NCBI GenBank assembly: GCA_965223845.1
Contig: CBDCXR010000004.1
Span: 512,001-576,000 of the forward strand
Origin: Planctomycetota bacterium
GTDB lineage: Bacteria > Planctomycetota > UBA8108 > SXIK01
Direction of reading: 5' to 3'
DNA length: 64,000 nucleotides
Positions 1 through 9,758 of this stretch are shown here, in pieces. The notes beneath the pieces are model-generated. The model did not search any database, was not told the origin of the DNA, and saw nothing but the letters and a program-made list of their open reading frames with translations. Position 1 is the stretch's first letter. Each line of letters starts with the position of its first letter. A program made the translations under genes and the position numbers.

Positions 1-384
1 CGAGCGTGGGATCTTCGCCTCGAGCACGTCCGGCGAGCGCCCAAGATCGTGATCAAGACCATCGGCCGGAGCTCGGATCCGCGCGCCTGGACGCTGCGTG
101 AAGCCGCGAAGCTCTACGCGAAAGAGGTGCTGGATTCTCTCAGTGGGATCGACAGCGCAGCGGCGTGGAAGCTCCGGCAGGAGCTCCGCGAGAAGTGGCC
201 CAACACGTGCGTCTCGAGCATCGGCGCGCGCGTTCAGTCCGAGCGAGCGTGGAACTTTCGCTGGGAAATGGTGCGCGCCAATCCGGAGAACCTCCTCCTT
301 CTCAAGCACATCATGAAGGCGGACCTCCGGACGCTCGAGCTGGACGATGATTGGGACGACGAGGACGAGTCGGATTTTACGTAG
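1..384 (+). CDS. 5'-truncated helical-repeat (HEAT-like) protein with acidic C-terminus
   Basis: Frame is open from base 1. Repeated RAWDLR/RAWTLR/AAWKLR/RAWNFR units; ends LDDDWDDEDESDFT. Confidence 0.7.
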   Translation, partial: RAWDLRLEHVRRAPKIVIKTIGRSSDPRAWTLREAAKLYAKEVLDSLSGIDSAAAWKLRQELREKWPNTCVSSIGARVQSERAWNFRWEMVRANPENLLLLKHIMKADLRTLELDDDWDDEDESDFT

Positions 385-441
385 TCCGGCGTCGTCGACG
401 GCGGAGTAGCGCGAGCGAACGGAAGCCGCCGATCGATCGAC

Positions 442-1386
442 TCAGCGCGGCTCCGCATCGGAATCTTCGTGTTCCTCGTCGCCCAGCGAATCGCTCGCGA
501 ACGGCATTTCTCCGCGAGCGCCCGAGTCGAAGAGGTCCGCGATCCGGAGCGGCTGAGGCTCGACGGACGTCTCCTCGTCCTCCTCGTCGGCGCGCTGGCG
601 GAGCTCGAACGTGAGCTGTCCGCTCGCCGCGCGGGAGACTCGCGCGGGAGCGTCGTCGTCCTCGCCGGCGAAGATCCACCCGTAGCGCTCCTCCCACGGC
701 GGGATCGTCGCCCGTATCGCGACACCGGCTTCGTTCTCTTCTAGAAGCTCGATCGCGTCGAGGACGGCCGGGTGGTTCGACGCGAACTCCGCGCCGTAGA
801 GCTCTTTCAGCACGGGAATCTGACGCCGATCGCCAACCCGCGCGATGGCACCGCAGAGGTCGACCAACCCGCGCTCCTCCGGTGCTTCCCGACGTTCGGC
901 CGAGACGCGACTCGCGAGAAACTCCATCACTCGGTCGCGGACGAACTCGTCGTCGAGAACGCCGATCGACCCGAGAGCTCCGTAGACGCGACGATTGAGG
1001 TGCGGGTGCCCTTCTTCTTCCACTGCGGTCATCAGAGCCTCGACCGCCGGTTCGCCGATGCGAAGGAGGGCCACCTCGGCGGCGTCCTGGAGCTGCTCGT
1101 CGTTCTCGACGAGCAGCGCGCGGAGGAGGAGGGGGATCGCGACGCGCGATCGGAGCTCCCCGAGGATGACGGCGGTCCAGACCGATGCCGACGAGTCGTC
1201 GTTTTGGTGCTCGAGCGACAGATCGAGAAGATCGATGAGCTGCTCTTCCGCGCGTGAATCCTGCGCGGCGAGCGCGACGAAGTGCCGAACCGCGCGCGCG
1301 ATCTCCTCATCGTCTTCAGAGAAGAGGGCGAGGAGATCTTCGTCGACCATCTCCCGGAGCCAAGGGGTGTCGTCGATTTGAGTCAA
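442..1386 (-). CDS. HEAT/PBS-lyase-like repeat protein, acidic
   Basis: Helical repeats such as AVILGELRSRVAIPLLLRAL and ALLRIGEPAVEALM; acidic tail. Confidence 0.8.
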   Translation of the reverse strand: MTQIDDTPWLREMVDEDLLALFSEDDEEIARAVRHFVALAAQDSRAEEQLIDLLDLSLEHQNDDSSASVWTAVILGELRSRVAIPLLLRALLVENDEQLQDAAEVALLRIGEPAVEALMTAVEEEGHPHLNRRVYGALGSIGVLDDEFVRDRVMEFLASRVSAERREAPEERGLVDLCGAIARVGDRRQIPVLKELYGAEFASNHPAVLDAIELLEENEAGVAIRATIPPWEERYGWIFAGEDDDAPARVSRAASGQLTFELRQRADEEDEETSVEPQPLRIADLFDSGARGEMPFASDSLGDEEHEDSDAEPR

Positions 1387-1434
1387 GCCGCCACCGTTCG
1401 GGGAAGAGGAGACGCGAAGAGTCGAGCGCGGCGA

Positions 1435-3639
1435 TCACCAGTCGTCATCGTCGTCGTCGTCTCCCCAGTCGTCATCGTCGTCCGAGGAGTCGTCGTCATC
1501 GTCGTCTCCCCAGTCGTCGTCGTCGTCCGAGGAGTCGTCGTCATCGTCGTCTCCCCAGTCGTCGTCGTCGTCCGAGGAGTCGTCGTCATCGTCGTCTCCC
1601 CAGTCGTCATCGTCGTCCGAGGAGTCGTCGTCATCGTCGTCTCCCCAGTCGTCGTCGTCGTCCGAGGAGTCGTCGTCATCGTCGTCTCCCCAGTCGTCAT
1701 CGTCGTCCGAGGAGTCGTCGTCATCGTCGTCTCCCCAGTCGTCATCGTCGTCCGAGGAGTCGTCGTCATCGTCGTCTCCCCAGTCGTCGTCGTCCGAGGA
1801 GTCGTCGTCATCGTCGTCTCCCCAGTCGTCGTCGTCCGAGGAGTCGTCGTCATCGTCGTCTCCCCAGTCGTCGTCATCGTCGTCTCCCCAGTCGTCATCA
1901 TCGTCGTCCGAGGAGTCGTCGTCATCGTCGTCTCCCCAGTCGTCGTCATCGTCGTCCGAGGAGTCGTCGTCATCGTCGTCCGAGGAGTCGTCGTCATCGT
2001 CGTCTCCCCAGTCGTCGTCGTCATCGTCTCCGGGCTCGGGATCGCGCTTTCGGTCTCCTCCGGGCGTATTCTTCTGCTGGAGAGCGACGACGCCTTGAAG
2101 CTGCTCGAGGAGCTTCGACGCGTCGTTGCGAATCGCCGAGTCTCCGTACTGCATCGCATTCTGGAGGACACGAACCGCCTCCGGTCCTTTGCTCGCCTGA
2201 GTCAGTCGCTCGACCCTCTTCTGATCCTTGTCCCAGCGAGACGTGAGCTCGGCCGAGATATCATCCACCTCCGGGTAGATCTCCTCCTTCCGCCGCGGAT
2301 AGGACGCGAGGAGTTCCTCCAGCACGGCGAGGGCGTCGCCGAGCTGTCCCTTCTCGCGGAGGCTTCTCGCTTCATCGAACGACTTTGTGAATGCCGATGC
2401 GCCGCCGCCGGCTTCCTCCTCGACCATCGCGACATCGCGCTCTCGCTCCTCCCATGCCTTGTACACGGCATCCGAGAGGAGCTTCGCCTTCGGCGAATCG
2501 AACTGCACGTCCATCTTGCGGCGGTATTCTTCGTAGCGTCTCTTCGCCGGTATCGCGCTCCCCCCTTTGAGGAGACGATCGATCTGGAGGCCTCTCTCGG
2601 CGAATTCTTGCTTCCAGCCCGCAATGCGGTCGGCGAGCTGCTTTTCTTGCTTCACTCGGTCTTGCTCGGGGATCGCGGCGAGGGAGCGCTCGGCGTTCAC
2701 CTTTGCTTTGTGAACGAAGAAGATCCCGATCACGAGTCCGAGGAGTGCTCCCGCGATCGAAATGTAGGGCGTCGGGCGGCGCGGCGGGAGCCCGTAGTCC
2801 CCGGAATCGAGATCGTCCTCGACCGCACGCTGGCGATCGGCCCCGACTCGTCCTCCTCGTCGTCCGGAACCGCGTCGAGAGTTCGCCCCTCTCGTCCGGC
2901 GCCCGCCGCCTCTGCTTCCGCGAGCTCCGGCCGAGCGATCGGGCTCTGCGCCGCTTGCACGCGCCCCCGCGGCCCGACGGACAGCGCCCGATTTCGCCTT
3001 GGCGCGAGCGGTGCCCGCGGCCGGTGCTGCCGGCGCCCGTCCGGCGCTGCGGGTCGGAGCGGCCGCCGCAGGACGCGCCGGAGCCTTCCGAGCGGGCGCT
3101 TCGGTGGCTTTCCCGGTCGCGCCGCCCGCATGAATCGCCGCGGCGAGTCGGGATTCTAAGTGCTCGAGGCTCGCCGGACGATCGGCCGGCTCCTTCGCGA
3201 GCAGGCTGGACACCACGGCGTCGAGCGAGGCGGGTGCATTCGGCGCGGCATCGCGAAGCCGGGGTGCGTTCGCGCTGATCTGCGCTTTGAGGAGCGCCTT
3301 GGGCGAGTCCGCGGAGAAGGGCGGAGTGCCGGTCACCAGCTCGAACAACGTACAACCGAGCGAGTAGAGGGTCGCGGCATCGTCCGGCTCACCGCCGCGG
3401 GCCACTTCGGGAGCGACGTACGCAGGGAACTCGACGACAGGAGGGAGAGCATCGTCCCCGGGGAGCAGTCGGATCGATCGATCCGCACCGAGCGCGATTC
3501 TCTCCGGGGCGATGATGCCACCCACTCCGCCGGCCTTGAGCTGCCGAACGATCGAGAGGACGACCTTCCCCGCTTGCGCCGGCGGGAGTGCCCCCTTCGA
3601 TTGGAGATAGCGGTCGAGCGTGAGGCCGTTCCCTGCCAT
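1435..3639 (-). CDS. Membrane-anchored Ser/Thr kinase-like (pseudokinase) protein with Asp-rich repeat tail
   Basis: Kinase C-lobe motifs AYVAPE, LYSLGCTLFELVTGTPPF and LLAKEPADRP are present; HRD and DFG are not. TM segment ISIAGALLGLVIGIFFV. GAGGTG RBS lies upstream of the ATG. Confidence 0.85.
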   Translation of the reverse strand: MAGNGLTLDRYLQSKGALPPAQAGKVVLSIVRQLKAGGVGGIIAPERIALGADRSIRLLPGDDALPPVVEFPAYVAPEVARGGEPDDAATLYSLGCTLFELVTGTPPFSADSPKALLKAQISANAPRLRDAAPNAPASLDAVVSSLLAKEPADRPASLEHLESRLAAAIHAGGATGKATEAPARKAPARPAAAAPTRSAGRAPAAPAAGTARAKAKSGAVRRAAGARASGAEPDRSAGARGSRGGGRRTRGANSRRGSGRRGGRVGADRQRAVEDDLDSGDYGLPPRRPTPYISIAGALLGLVIGIFFVHKAKVNAERSLAAIPEQDRVKQEKQLADRIAGWKQEFAERGLQIDRLLKGGSAIPAKRRYEEYRRKMDVQFDSPKAKLLSDAVYKAWEERERDVAMVEEEAGGGASAFTKSFDEARSLREKGQLGDALAVLEELLASYPRRKEEIYPEVDDISAELTSRWDKDQKRVERLTQASKGPEAVRVLQNAMQYGDSAIRNDASKLLEQLQGVVALQQKNTPGGDRKRDPEPGDDDDDDWGDDDDDDSSDDDDDDSSDDDDDDWGDDDDDDSSDDDDDDWGDDDDDDWGDDDDDDSSDDDDWGDDDDDDSSDDDDWGDDDDDDSSDDDDDWGDDDDDDSSDDDDDWGDDDDDDSSDDDDDWGDDDDDDSSDDDDDWGDDDDDDSSDDDDDWGDDDDDDSSDDDDDWGDDDDDDSSDDDDDWGDDDDDDDW
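1438..2028 (-). repeat. Coding tandem repeat, ~45-bp unit encoding WGDDDDDDSSDDDDD
   Basis: Directly visible: 197 codons with 14 Trp and 12 SS pairs, the remainder Asp/Gly. Confidence 0.97.
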
Positions 3640-4014
3640 GGATCACCTCGCTGAGGTTGTTGGGCGCCGAGCGGCCACGCGGGAAAACCTAGATCGTGGC
3701 AGCAGCGCGCGAGAGACGGGTTGCGAGGACGCACGCCTCAGACGAGGCGCATCGCTCAAAGTTCGGTGGACGATTCGCGCTTCGGCGCGGACGGCATCGA
3801 AAGTCGCCCCGGCGCCGCTCGACTCGCGTGACCGTCTCTCACTCCCTTTCGTCCCGGCCGGGGTCCGGTCGCCGCGCGGCGATCCCGGCTCGGGGTGGTT
3901 TCATCCCGCTCCGTCCCGCTCGCGGGACGGTGGGATGGCAAGGTGTGCGAGGGCGAGAGCCACCGGGGGACGCGGGTGAACATCTCCCCGCGCCGACTCG
4001 ATTCCAAGCGGGAA

Positions 4015-4875
4015 TTATAGCACGGCGTGAAGTACGACCGCGGTCATAAAAACTAGGCTCACGACTCCGTTCAGTGTGAAGAACGCGAGATTGACCCGGC
4101 TCAGGTCGCCGCCGCGAACGAGGCTGTTCTCGTAGGCGAGAATCGCCCCGACGCAGACGACACCGACCCAGTAGGGGAGAGTGAGCTCTCCGAGCCAGCC
4201 GACTGCAGCGAGGAGTCCGACTGACGCGACGTGGAGGACCCTCGTCACGACGAGCGCGCGCCGGACACCCCAACGGGCGGGGATCGAACGGAGCCCGTAG
4301 GCGACGTCGAACTCGCGATCCTGACACGCGTAGATGATATCGAACCCGGCGGTCCAGCAGATGACTGCGAGTCCGAGCAGAGCCGGGAGGACGGCGACTT
4401 CCGCGCGCACCGCGACCCAGGCCCCGAGCGGCGAGAGTCCGAGCGCCACGCCGAGGGCGATGTGGGAGAGAGACGTGAATCGTTTGGTGAACGAGTACCC
4501 GAAGAGAACGACGAGGACGATCGGCGAGAGCGCGAACGCGAGCGAGTTGATCCAGGACGCCACCGCCACGAAGCCGAGCGAGGAGAGAAGCGCCGCGCCG
4601 CCGACGAAACGGCGGCTGAGCCGCCCGGCCGGAATCGCTCGCTCCTCGGTGCGCGGATTCGCGGCGTCGATGGTGGCGTCCGCTAAGCGGTTGAACGCCA
4701 TCGCCCCCGTTCGCGCGAGCACGACGGCGAGAACGATCTTTCCTAGGAGCGCGAGGTTCGGTAGACCCTCGGACGCGAGAAACGCCGCCGCGATCGCGAA
4801 CGGAAGCGCGAAGATCGAGTGAGCGATCTTGATCGATTCCGCGAACTCTCCGAGCTTACGGAGGAGGGACGTCAT
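4015..4875 (-). CDS. ubiA: UbiA-family polyprenyltransferase (MqnP-like)
   Basis: IKIAHSIFALPFA, AMAFNRLADATIDAANPRT and GFDIIYACQD motifs; ATGA overlap with the ubiX stop. Confidence 0.9.
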   Translation of the reverse strand: MTSLLRKLGEFAESIKIAHSIFALPFAIAAAFLASEGLPNLALLGKIVLAVVLARTGAMAFNRLADATIDAANPRTEERAIPAGRLSRRFVGGAALLSSLGFVAVASWINSLAFALSPIVLVVLFGYSFTKRFTSLSHIALGVALGLSPLGAWVAVRAEVAVLPALLGLAVICWTAGFDIIYACQDREFDVAYGLRSIPARWGVRRALVVTRVLHVASVGLLAAVGWLGELTLPYWVGVVCVGAILAYENSLVRGGDLSRVNLAFFTLNGVVSLVFMTAVVLHAVL

Positions 4876-5537
4876 CGCGCCTCGTCCTCCCGCCAACGAG
4901 CGAACAGATCGTTGTCGATTCCGAGAGCGTCGAGCACGCGTGAGACGACGAAATCGACGGCGTCGTCGAGAGTCTCCGGATGTTGATAGAACGCGGGGGA
5001 GGGCGGGACGATGGTCGCTCCGGCCCGGGCGAGTCGGAGAAGGTTCTCGAGGTGGATCGCGGAAAGCGGGCTCTCCCGCGGCACGATCACGAGTCGGCGC
5101 CCCTCCTTCAGCGCGACGTCCGCCCCGCGGTGGATATTGTTGAGGCACACGCCGTTTGCGATCGCACCCACCGTTCCCATCGACGCGGGGATGATCGCCA
5201 TCGCGTCGAATCGAAACGTGCCGCTGCAGAATGGAGCGAAGAAATCGCGCTCGGGATAGATCTCGAGGTGATCGTCGTGCTCGGATACCCACGGACTCTT
5301 GGTCGCGGCCGCTTTCCCGCGATCGGAGCCCGCTCCTTCCTCGCGGAGTTCCTCTTTGATCACGAGCCGTCCAGCCGCGGAGACGGAGAGGAGCACGCGC
5401 GTCTCGTTCGCGAGGAGAAACCGAACGAGTCGCTGAGCGTAGACGACACCGCTCGCGCCGGTAACGCCGACGACGATGCGGCGCCCACCCGGAGTGCCGG
5501 TAGCTTTCGATTCAAGTCGTTCGCGATCAGGACGCAT
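4872..5537 (-). CDS. ubiX: Flavin prenyltransferase UbiX
   Basis: VGVTGASG, ADVALKEGRRLVIVPRESP and PAFYQHP motifs. Confidence 0.95.
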   Translation of the reverse strand: MRPDRERLESKATGTPGGRRIVVGVTGASGVVYAQRLVRFLLANETRVLLSVSAAGRLVIKEELREEGAGSDRGKAAATKSPWVSEHDDHLEIYPERDFFAPFCSGTFRFDAMAIIPASMGTVGAIANGVCLNNIHRGADVALKEGRRLVIVPRESPLSAIHLENLLRLARAGATIVPPSPAFYQHPETLDDAVDFVVSRVLDALGIDNDLFARWREDEAR

Positions 5538-6366
5538 CGCTCCCTCCCGCGTCTCGATGGACCCGTGCCCACCAGAGCGCCCAGCGCTCGAAGTTCTGCA
5601 CCTCTTCGCGTTTGAACCGGAGGACTTCGTTCAGGCGGTGCGACTCGAGGAACCGCGTGACGGCTTCGGCCCGGTAGGCGTTCGGAAGAAACGCGGCGAG
5701 CCGATCGGCGAGCGAGAGGAAATTGTCGAGGCTGTGGCTCCTCTTGTCGTCGCCGAGGAACGAGAAGTCGAATCGATCGCGCTCGATCCGCAGCGTTCCG
5801 AGCGGAGGCGGACAGTAAAGATGGATCTGCCACTCGACTCCGTGGAGCTCTTCGTCGTCCATCTCGGTGATGAGTGCGCGGCCGCGGGGGCTGAGGTCGC
5901 TCAGCTCGACCGGGGCGCTTCGGCGGTTCTGCGCGCCGGTCGTGCCGGCTTCGGGGCGGAGCGCAAAGAGATCGAGGGCGAACACATCGTCGCGTTCGAT
6001 CACGAAGCTCCGTCCCGTCGAGAGGCTCGCCGTGATGCGCGTCCCCTCGAATTGAACGGCCGCGAGGCGGCAGCCGCGCGGGATGTCGAGCCACTCTTCG
6101 AGGGGAACCGCCACCGTGCGGAGAGCGAGCTCATCGCGGAGCACTCGCGCGTACTCGTCCGCCTGATCGCGCGTCACGTCCTCGGCGATGATTCCGCGGC
6201 CGTAGCGAACTCTCGCGCGCGCGTCGGGTAGAGGGATCTCGATCCATCGCGCCAGCCGATCGCCGACGTCCGCGATCGGGACGGTCTCGCCGGGCTCGCT
6301 GATGAGGACGAACATCCGATCGTCGTCGCCCTCCGGGGTCGGTAGTTCCTCCGCTGCCGAAGTCAT
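5527..6366 (-). CDS. Hypothetical protein inside the quinone cluster
   Basis: Protein-like ORF overlapping the ubiX start. Start placed at MTSAAEE (uncertain). Confidence 0.7.
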   Translation of the reverse strand: MTSAAEELPTPEGDDDRMFVLISEPGETVPIADVGDRLARWIEIPLPDARARVRYGRGIIAEDVTRDQADEYARVLRDELALRTVAVPLEEWLDIPRGCRLAAVQFEGTRITASLSTGRSFVIERDDVFALDLFALRPEAGTTGAQNRRSAPVELSDLSPRGRALITEMDDEELHGVEWQIHLYCPPPLGTLRIERDRFDFSFLGDDKRSHSLDNFLSLADRLAAFLPNAYRAEAVTRFLESHRLNEVLRFKREEVQNFERWALWWARVHRDAGGSDAS

Positions 6367-6418
6367 CGTCTGCTCGCCTCGTTCCCGCGTCCGTGGCTCT
6401 CGTTCCATCGCAAGCGGC

Positions 6419-7201
6419 TCAATGCGGCGCGATTCTCGCCGCCGCGTCCGCCGGCGCGGCCGCTCCGTCGAGCGGCCGCGCACCGCGCGTTCCGACATGC
6501 ACGGCCGCGATCCCGAACGTCAGTCGACGAACGCGGATCGCCTCGAACCCGCAGCGTTCGAGTCGCCGACTGAACTCCGCCGCCGGCGGGAACTCTCCGA
6601 CCGAGGCGGGAAGGTAGCGGTAAGCGTCCGCAGCCTCGCGCGTACCCGAGATCCGCGCGGCTACGCGCGGCAGAAACCCGTGAAAGTAGAGGTGATAGGC
6701 TCGCCGTACCACCGCCCGCTCGGGCGTCGAAAACTCGAGAATGGCGACCTTTCCGCCCGGGCGGAGCACTCGGTGCATCTCGCCGAGCCCGCGGTCGAGA
6801 TCGGAGACGTTCCGAATCCCGAATGCGACGGTGACGGCGTCGAACGTCTGATCGGCGAACGGCAGCGCCATGGTGTCCGCGATGGCGAATCGAACGTGCT
6901 TCACGCCGCGCTTCGCGGTCTTCTCGGTGCCGAGCGCGACCATCTCGCGGGTAAAGTCGGTTCCGACGACCTCGCCGCCCGAGCGCGGATCGAGCGTCCC
7001 GCCGAGGGCGAGTGCTAGGTCGCCCGTCCCCGTGCAGACATCGAGGACGCGAGCCGAGGGGGCGAGGTCGAGCTCGCGCACGGTGCTGCGGCGCCACGAA
7101 CGATCGATGTTCAGGCTGAGGAGGTGGTTGAGAAGGTCGTAGCGCGGACTGATCGCGGCGAACATGTCGCGGATGCGAGAGCCGTTTTTGTCGACCGCCA
7201 T
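6419..7201 (-). CDS. ubiE: Demethylmenaquinone/ubiquinone C-methyltransferase UbiE/MenG
   Basis: MFAAISPRYDLLNHLLS, VLDVCTGTGD, AFGIRNV, RVLRPGG and AYRYLPASV motifs. Confidence 0.93.
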   Translation of the reverse strand: MAVDKNGSRIRDMFAAISPRYDLLNHLLSLNIDRSWRRSTVRELDLAPSARVLDVCTGTGDLALALGGTLDPRSGGEVVGTDFTREMVALGTEKTAKRGVKHVRFAIADTMALPFADQTFDAVTVAFGIRNVSDLDRGLGEMHRVLRPGGKVAILEFSTPERAVVRRAYHLYFHGFLPRVAARISGTREAADAYRYLPASVGEFPPAAEFSRRLERCGFEAIRVRRLTFGIAAVHVGTRGARPLDGAAAPADAAARIAPH

Positions 7202-7694
7202 GCTGACCTCAGAGGGGTGAGAGTTCGCCGGTGCGACGCGGGGCCGACCCATGGGGCGTGACCCCCGTCCCGCGGTCGGTCGGCGGGACGGGATCGTCCG
7301 AATTCGGCCGACGGCTACCTCGCCAACCGCAAATCTCGGAAGCCGTTCACTGAGTCCGCCGAACGGCGCGAGTGTTTTCGTGAATATTCGGGCGCGGGCG
7401 CCGTCCCATCGTCGAATCGACGTCTCGCTCTCCGTTGAAAAGGAGGGCGGGAGAATCATCGGCCGACGTGGGGAATTTTGCAACGGGCCGGAGCATCGCG
7501 GCGCAGACGAGCCTTCGTGCCGCGCCGCGCCGGGAGTGTCGACCGGGTCGTGCCGATCCGGCGGTAGAATCGTGCGTGAGCTCCGGGTTAGCATGCGGGC
7601 GGCGGATGCGGCCGCCGTCCCGTTCGCGATCACCCGTCTCCCGCCGGTGAGGCCGAGAGTTTCGAGCGGTCCGCAAGACCCGAGGAGCGATTCG

Positions 7695-8714
7695 ATGGAG
7701 AGACTGCGCGGCTGCGCTTGGCTGGGGATGGTGGCGGCGCTGATGTGGGGCTACGGCTCGGCGCCGGATGCGTTCGCGCTCGAGATCGAACCGGCGAGCG
7801 CGGCCGAGAGCGGAGCCGCGAGCGACGAGACGAAGCCACCCGCGCGAAAGCGAAAGGCCGCCTCGCCGAAGGGCGTGGAGCTCGATTGGCAAACTCTCGA
7901 GAAAGCGCTCAAGAAATCGCGCCCGAAGGATCTGCCGCTCCTCGTCGTCTGCGATGGAAACGAATCCTACCGCGAGACTCTCGCCGAGTACGCGCGCAGT
8001 CGAACGTTCGCGCGAACGCTGCGGTCGTTCGTGCTCGTCCACCTCAAGGCCGACGATCTGAAACGTCCTTATCCCGCGAGTCCGGACCGCGCGAAGGACA
8101 CGACGAGTCCCGAACGCAAATCGCGGACGGGTCGCGTCGTCGATCGCGACCCACCGGCCCGCGCGGGCGGAGAGCGACGATCCGCTACCGCCGCGACGGT
8201 GAGAGAGCGACTCGAGCTCGACGAGAACGCGACCGCGTGTGTAGTCGTCCTCACCTTTCGCGAGAGAGTGGTTGCGAAGTGCGACGAAGAGCTCGCGGAC
8301 CGGCGAAAGCTGGGCGCGAGACTCGATCGCATCGCCAAGGTAAATCGAATCTTCGCGAAGGAGGAGCGCCGCGTGGCGAAGCTCCTCGAAAAAGCGCGCT
8401 ACGCGTTTCTCAACAAGAAGCGGCGCGTCGCCGTGCTCACCGTGAACAAGCTCGCCGAGAAAAAGGCGCAGAAGCGAATGGACGAGGAGACGCGAAAGAG
8501 CGTCACCCGCGTCCTCGACGAGTTCACCGTCGTCGCGAAGAAAGAGATGGACCGCGCCGACGCTCTCGACGCTGCCTTCGACTACCAAGAGGCGCTCAAC
8601 GTCTACACTCGGGTGCGGAACGAGTTTCCGATTCTCGACGTGCAGAAGCGCTGCGTCCGGCGGATCGGAGAGATTTGGCAGAAGCTGCAGATCGCGACCG
8701 GTCGAACGCGTTGA
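7695..8714 (+). CDS. Secreted basic hypothetical protein (degenerate thioredoxin-like plus helical region)
   Basis: Signal-peptide-like N-terminus ending AFA; TTGA overlap with murQ. Confidence 0.65.
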   Translation: MERLRGCAWLGMVAALMWGYGSAPDAFALEIEPASAAESGAASDETKPPARKRKAASPKGVELDWQTLEKALKKSRPKDLPLLVVCDGNESYRETLAEYARSRTFARTLRSFVLVHLKADDLKRPYPASPDRAKDTTSPERKSRTGRVVDRDPPARAGGERRSATAATVRERLELDENATACVVVLTFRERVVAKCDEELADRRKLGARLDRIAKVNRIFAKEERRVAKLLEKARYAFLNKKRRVAVLTVNKLAEKKAQKRMDEETRKSVTRVLDEFTVVAKKEMDRADALDAAFDYQEALNVYTRVRNEFPILDVQKRCVRRIGEIWQKLQIATGRTR

Positions 8715-9655
8715 ATGATCCGTCCTCGTCGGCGGCGGACGCGGAACGCGCGGTTCCCCACACGGAGCGCGTCCACCCGGGCTCGGTCGGTATCGATGCG
8801 CGGGACGCCGCGGAGATCTGCGGGGCGATGCACGCGGCGGATCGCGAGGCCTTCGACGCGGTGGGCGCGGTGCTCGCGGACGTTGCCGCGGCGGTCGAGC
8901 GAGTGTCCGAAGCTTTCGCCGACGGCGGGCGACTCGTCTATTTCGGCGCCGGGACGAGCGGACGCCTCGGCGTTCTCGACGCGTCGGAGTGTCCCCCGAC
9001 CTTCGGCGTCTCTCCGGATCTCGTGACTGCGCGGATCGCCGGTGGCGACGGCGCGCTGCGCTCGGCGATCGAAGGCGCGGAGGACGACCCCGCCGCGGGT
9101 GCCGCGGCTGTGGACGAGCTCGCCGTCGGGCGTCGCGACGTCGTCTGCGGAATCGCGGCGAGCGGGACGACGCCCTACGTGCTCGGGGCTCTTCTCGCGG
9201 CACGGCGAAAGGAGGCCGCAACGGTGCTCGTGACCTGCAATCCCGACTGGGCCAGCGCCGTCCCGCCGGCAACGAGCCGGGCGATCGAGTGCGCAATCGT
9301 TCCGGCGGTGGGCCCCGAGATCCTCGCCGGATCGTCGCGTCTCAAGGCCGGGACGGCGACGAAGATGGTCCTCAACATGATCACGACCGGGGCGATGATT
9401 CGGTGGGGGCGCGTTTACGACAACCTGATGGTCGATCTCGTGGCGACGAATCGAAAGCTATGCGCGCGCGCGACGCGCCTGGTCGAGTCCATCGGAGGAG
9501 TCGATGCCGCTACCGCGCAGAAGCTTCTCGAGCGCACCGGCTGGCGCGTCAAGCACGCAGTCGTCATGGCGTGCCGGGGGGTCTCGGCGGAAGAGTCGGA
9601 GGCGATCCTCGCGCGGCATGCCGGCCGCCTCCGCGCCGCCCTCGAAGAGACGTAA
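8711..9655 (+). CDS. murQ: N-acetylmuramic acid 6-phosphate etherase
   Basis: GAGTSGRLGVLDASECPPTFG, GIAASGTTPYV, GSSRLKAGTATKMVLNM and NLMVD motifs; TTG start inferred. Confidence 0.95.
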   Translation: MNDPSSSAADAERAVPHTERVHPGSVGIDARDAAEICGAMHAADREAFDAVGAVLADVAAAVERVSEAFADGGRLVYFGAGTSGRLGVLDASECPPTFGVSPDLVTARIAGGDGALRSAIEGAEDDPAAGAAAVDELAVGRRDVVCGIAASGTTPYVLGALLAARRKEAATVLVTCNPDWASAVPPATSRAIECAIVPAVGPEILAGSSRLKAGTATKMVLNMITTGAMIRWGRVYDNLMVDLVATNRKLCARATRLVESIGGVDAATAQKLLERTGWRVKHAVVMACRGVSAEESEAILARHAGRLRAALEET

Positions 9656-9758
9656 GCGGGCGACGGTCCCCGACGATTCTCGGAATCGAACGGCAACTCG
9701 CGTGGCGACGTCACGCGAGGCGGCCCGCTCGGTTCAGAGTCGGTACTCGGAGCGACGT

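Noticed and set aside
1254-3159. Val-rich (1282-3159 +), Arg-rich (1254-2246 +) and Thr-rich (1383-2171 -) ORFs
   Set aside because: Alternative-frame shadows of the GAC-rich repeat. The Asp frame is continuous with the kinase-like gene.
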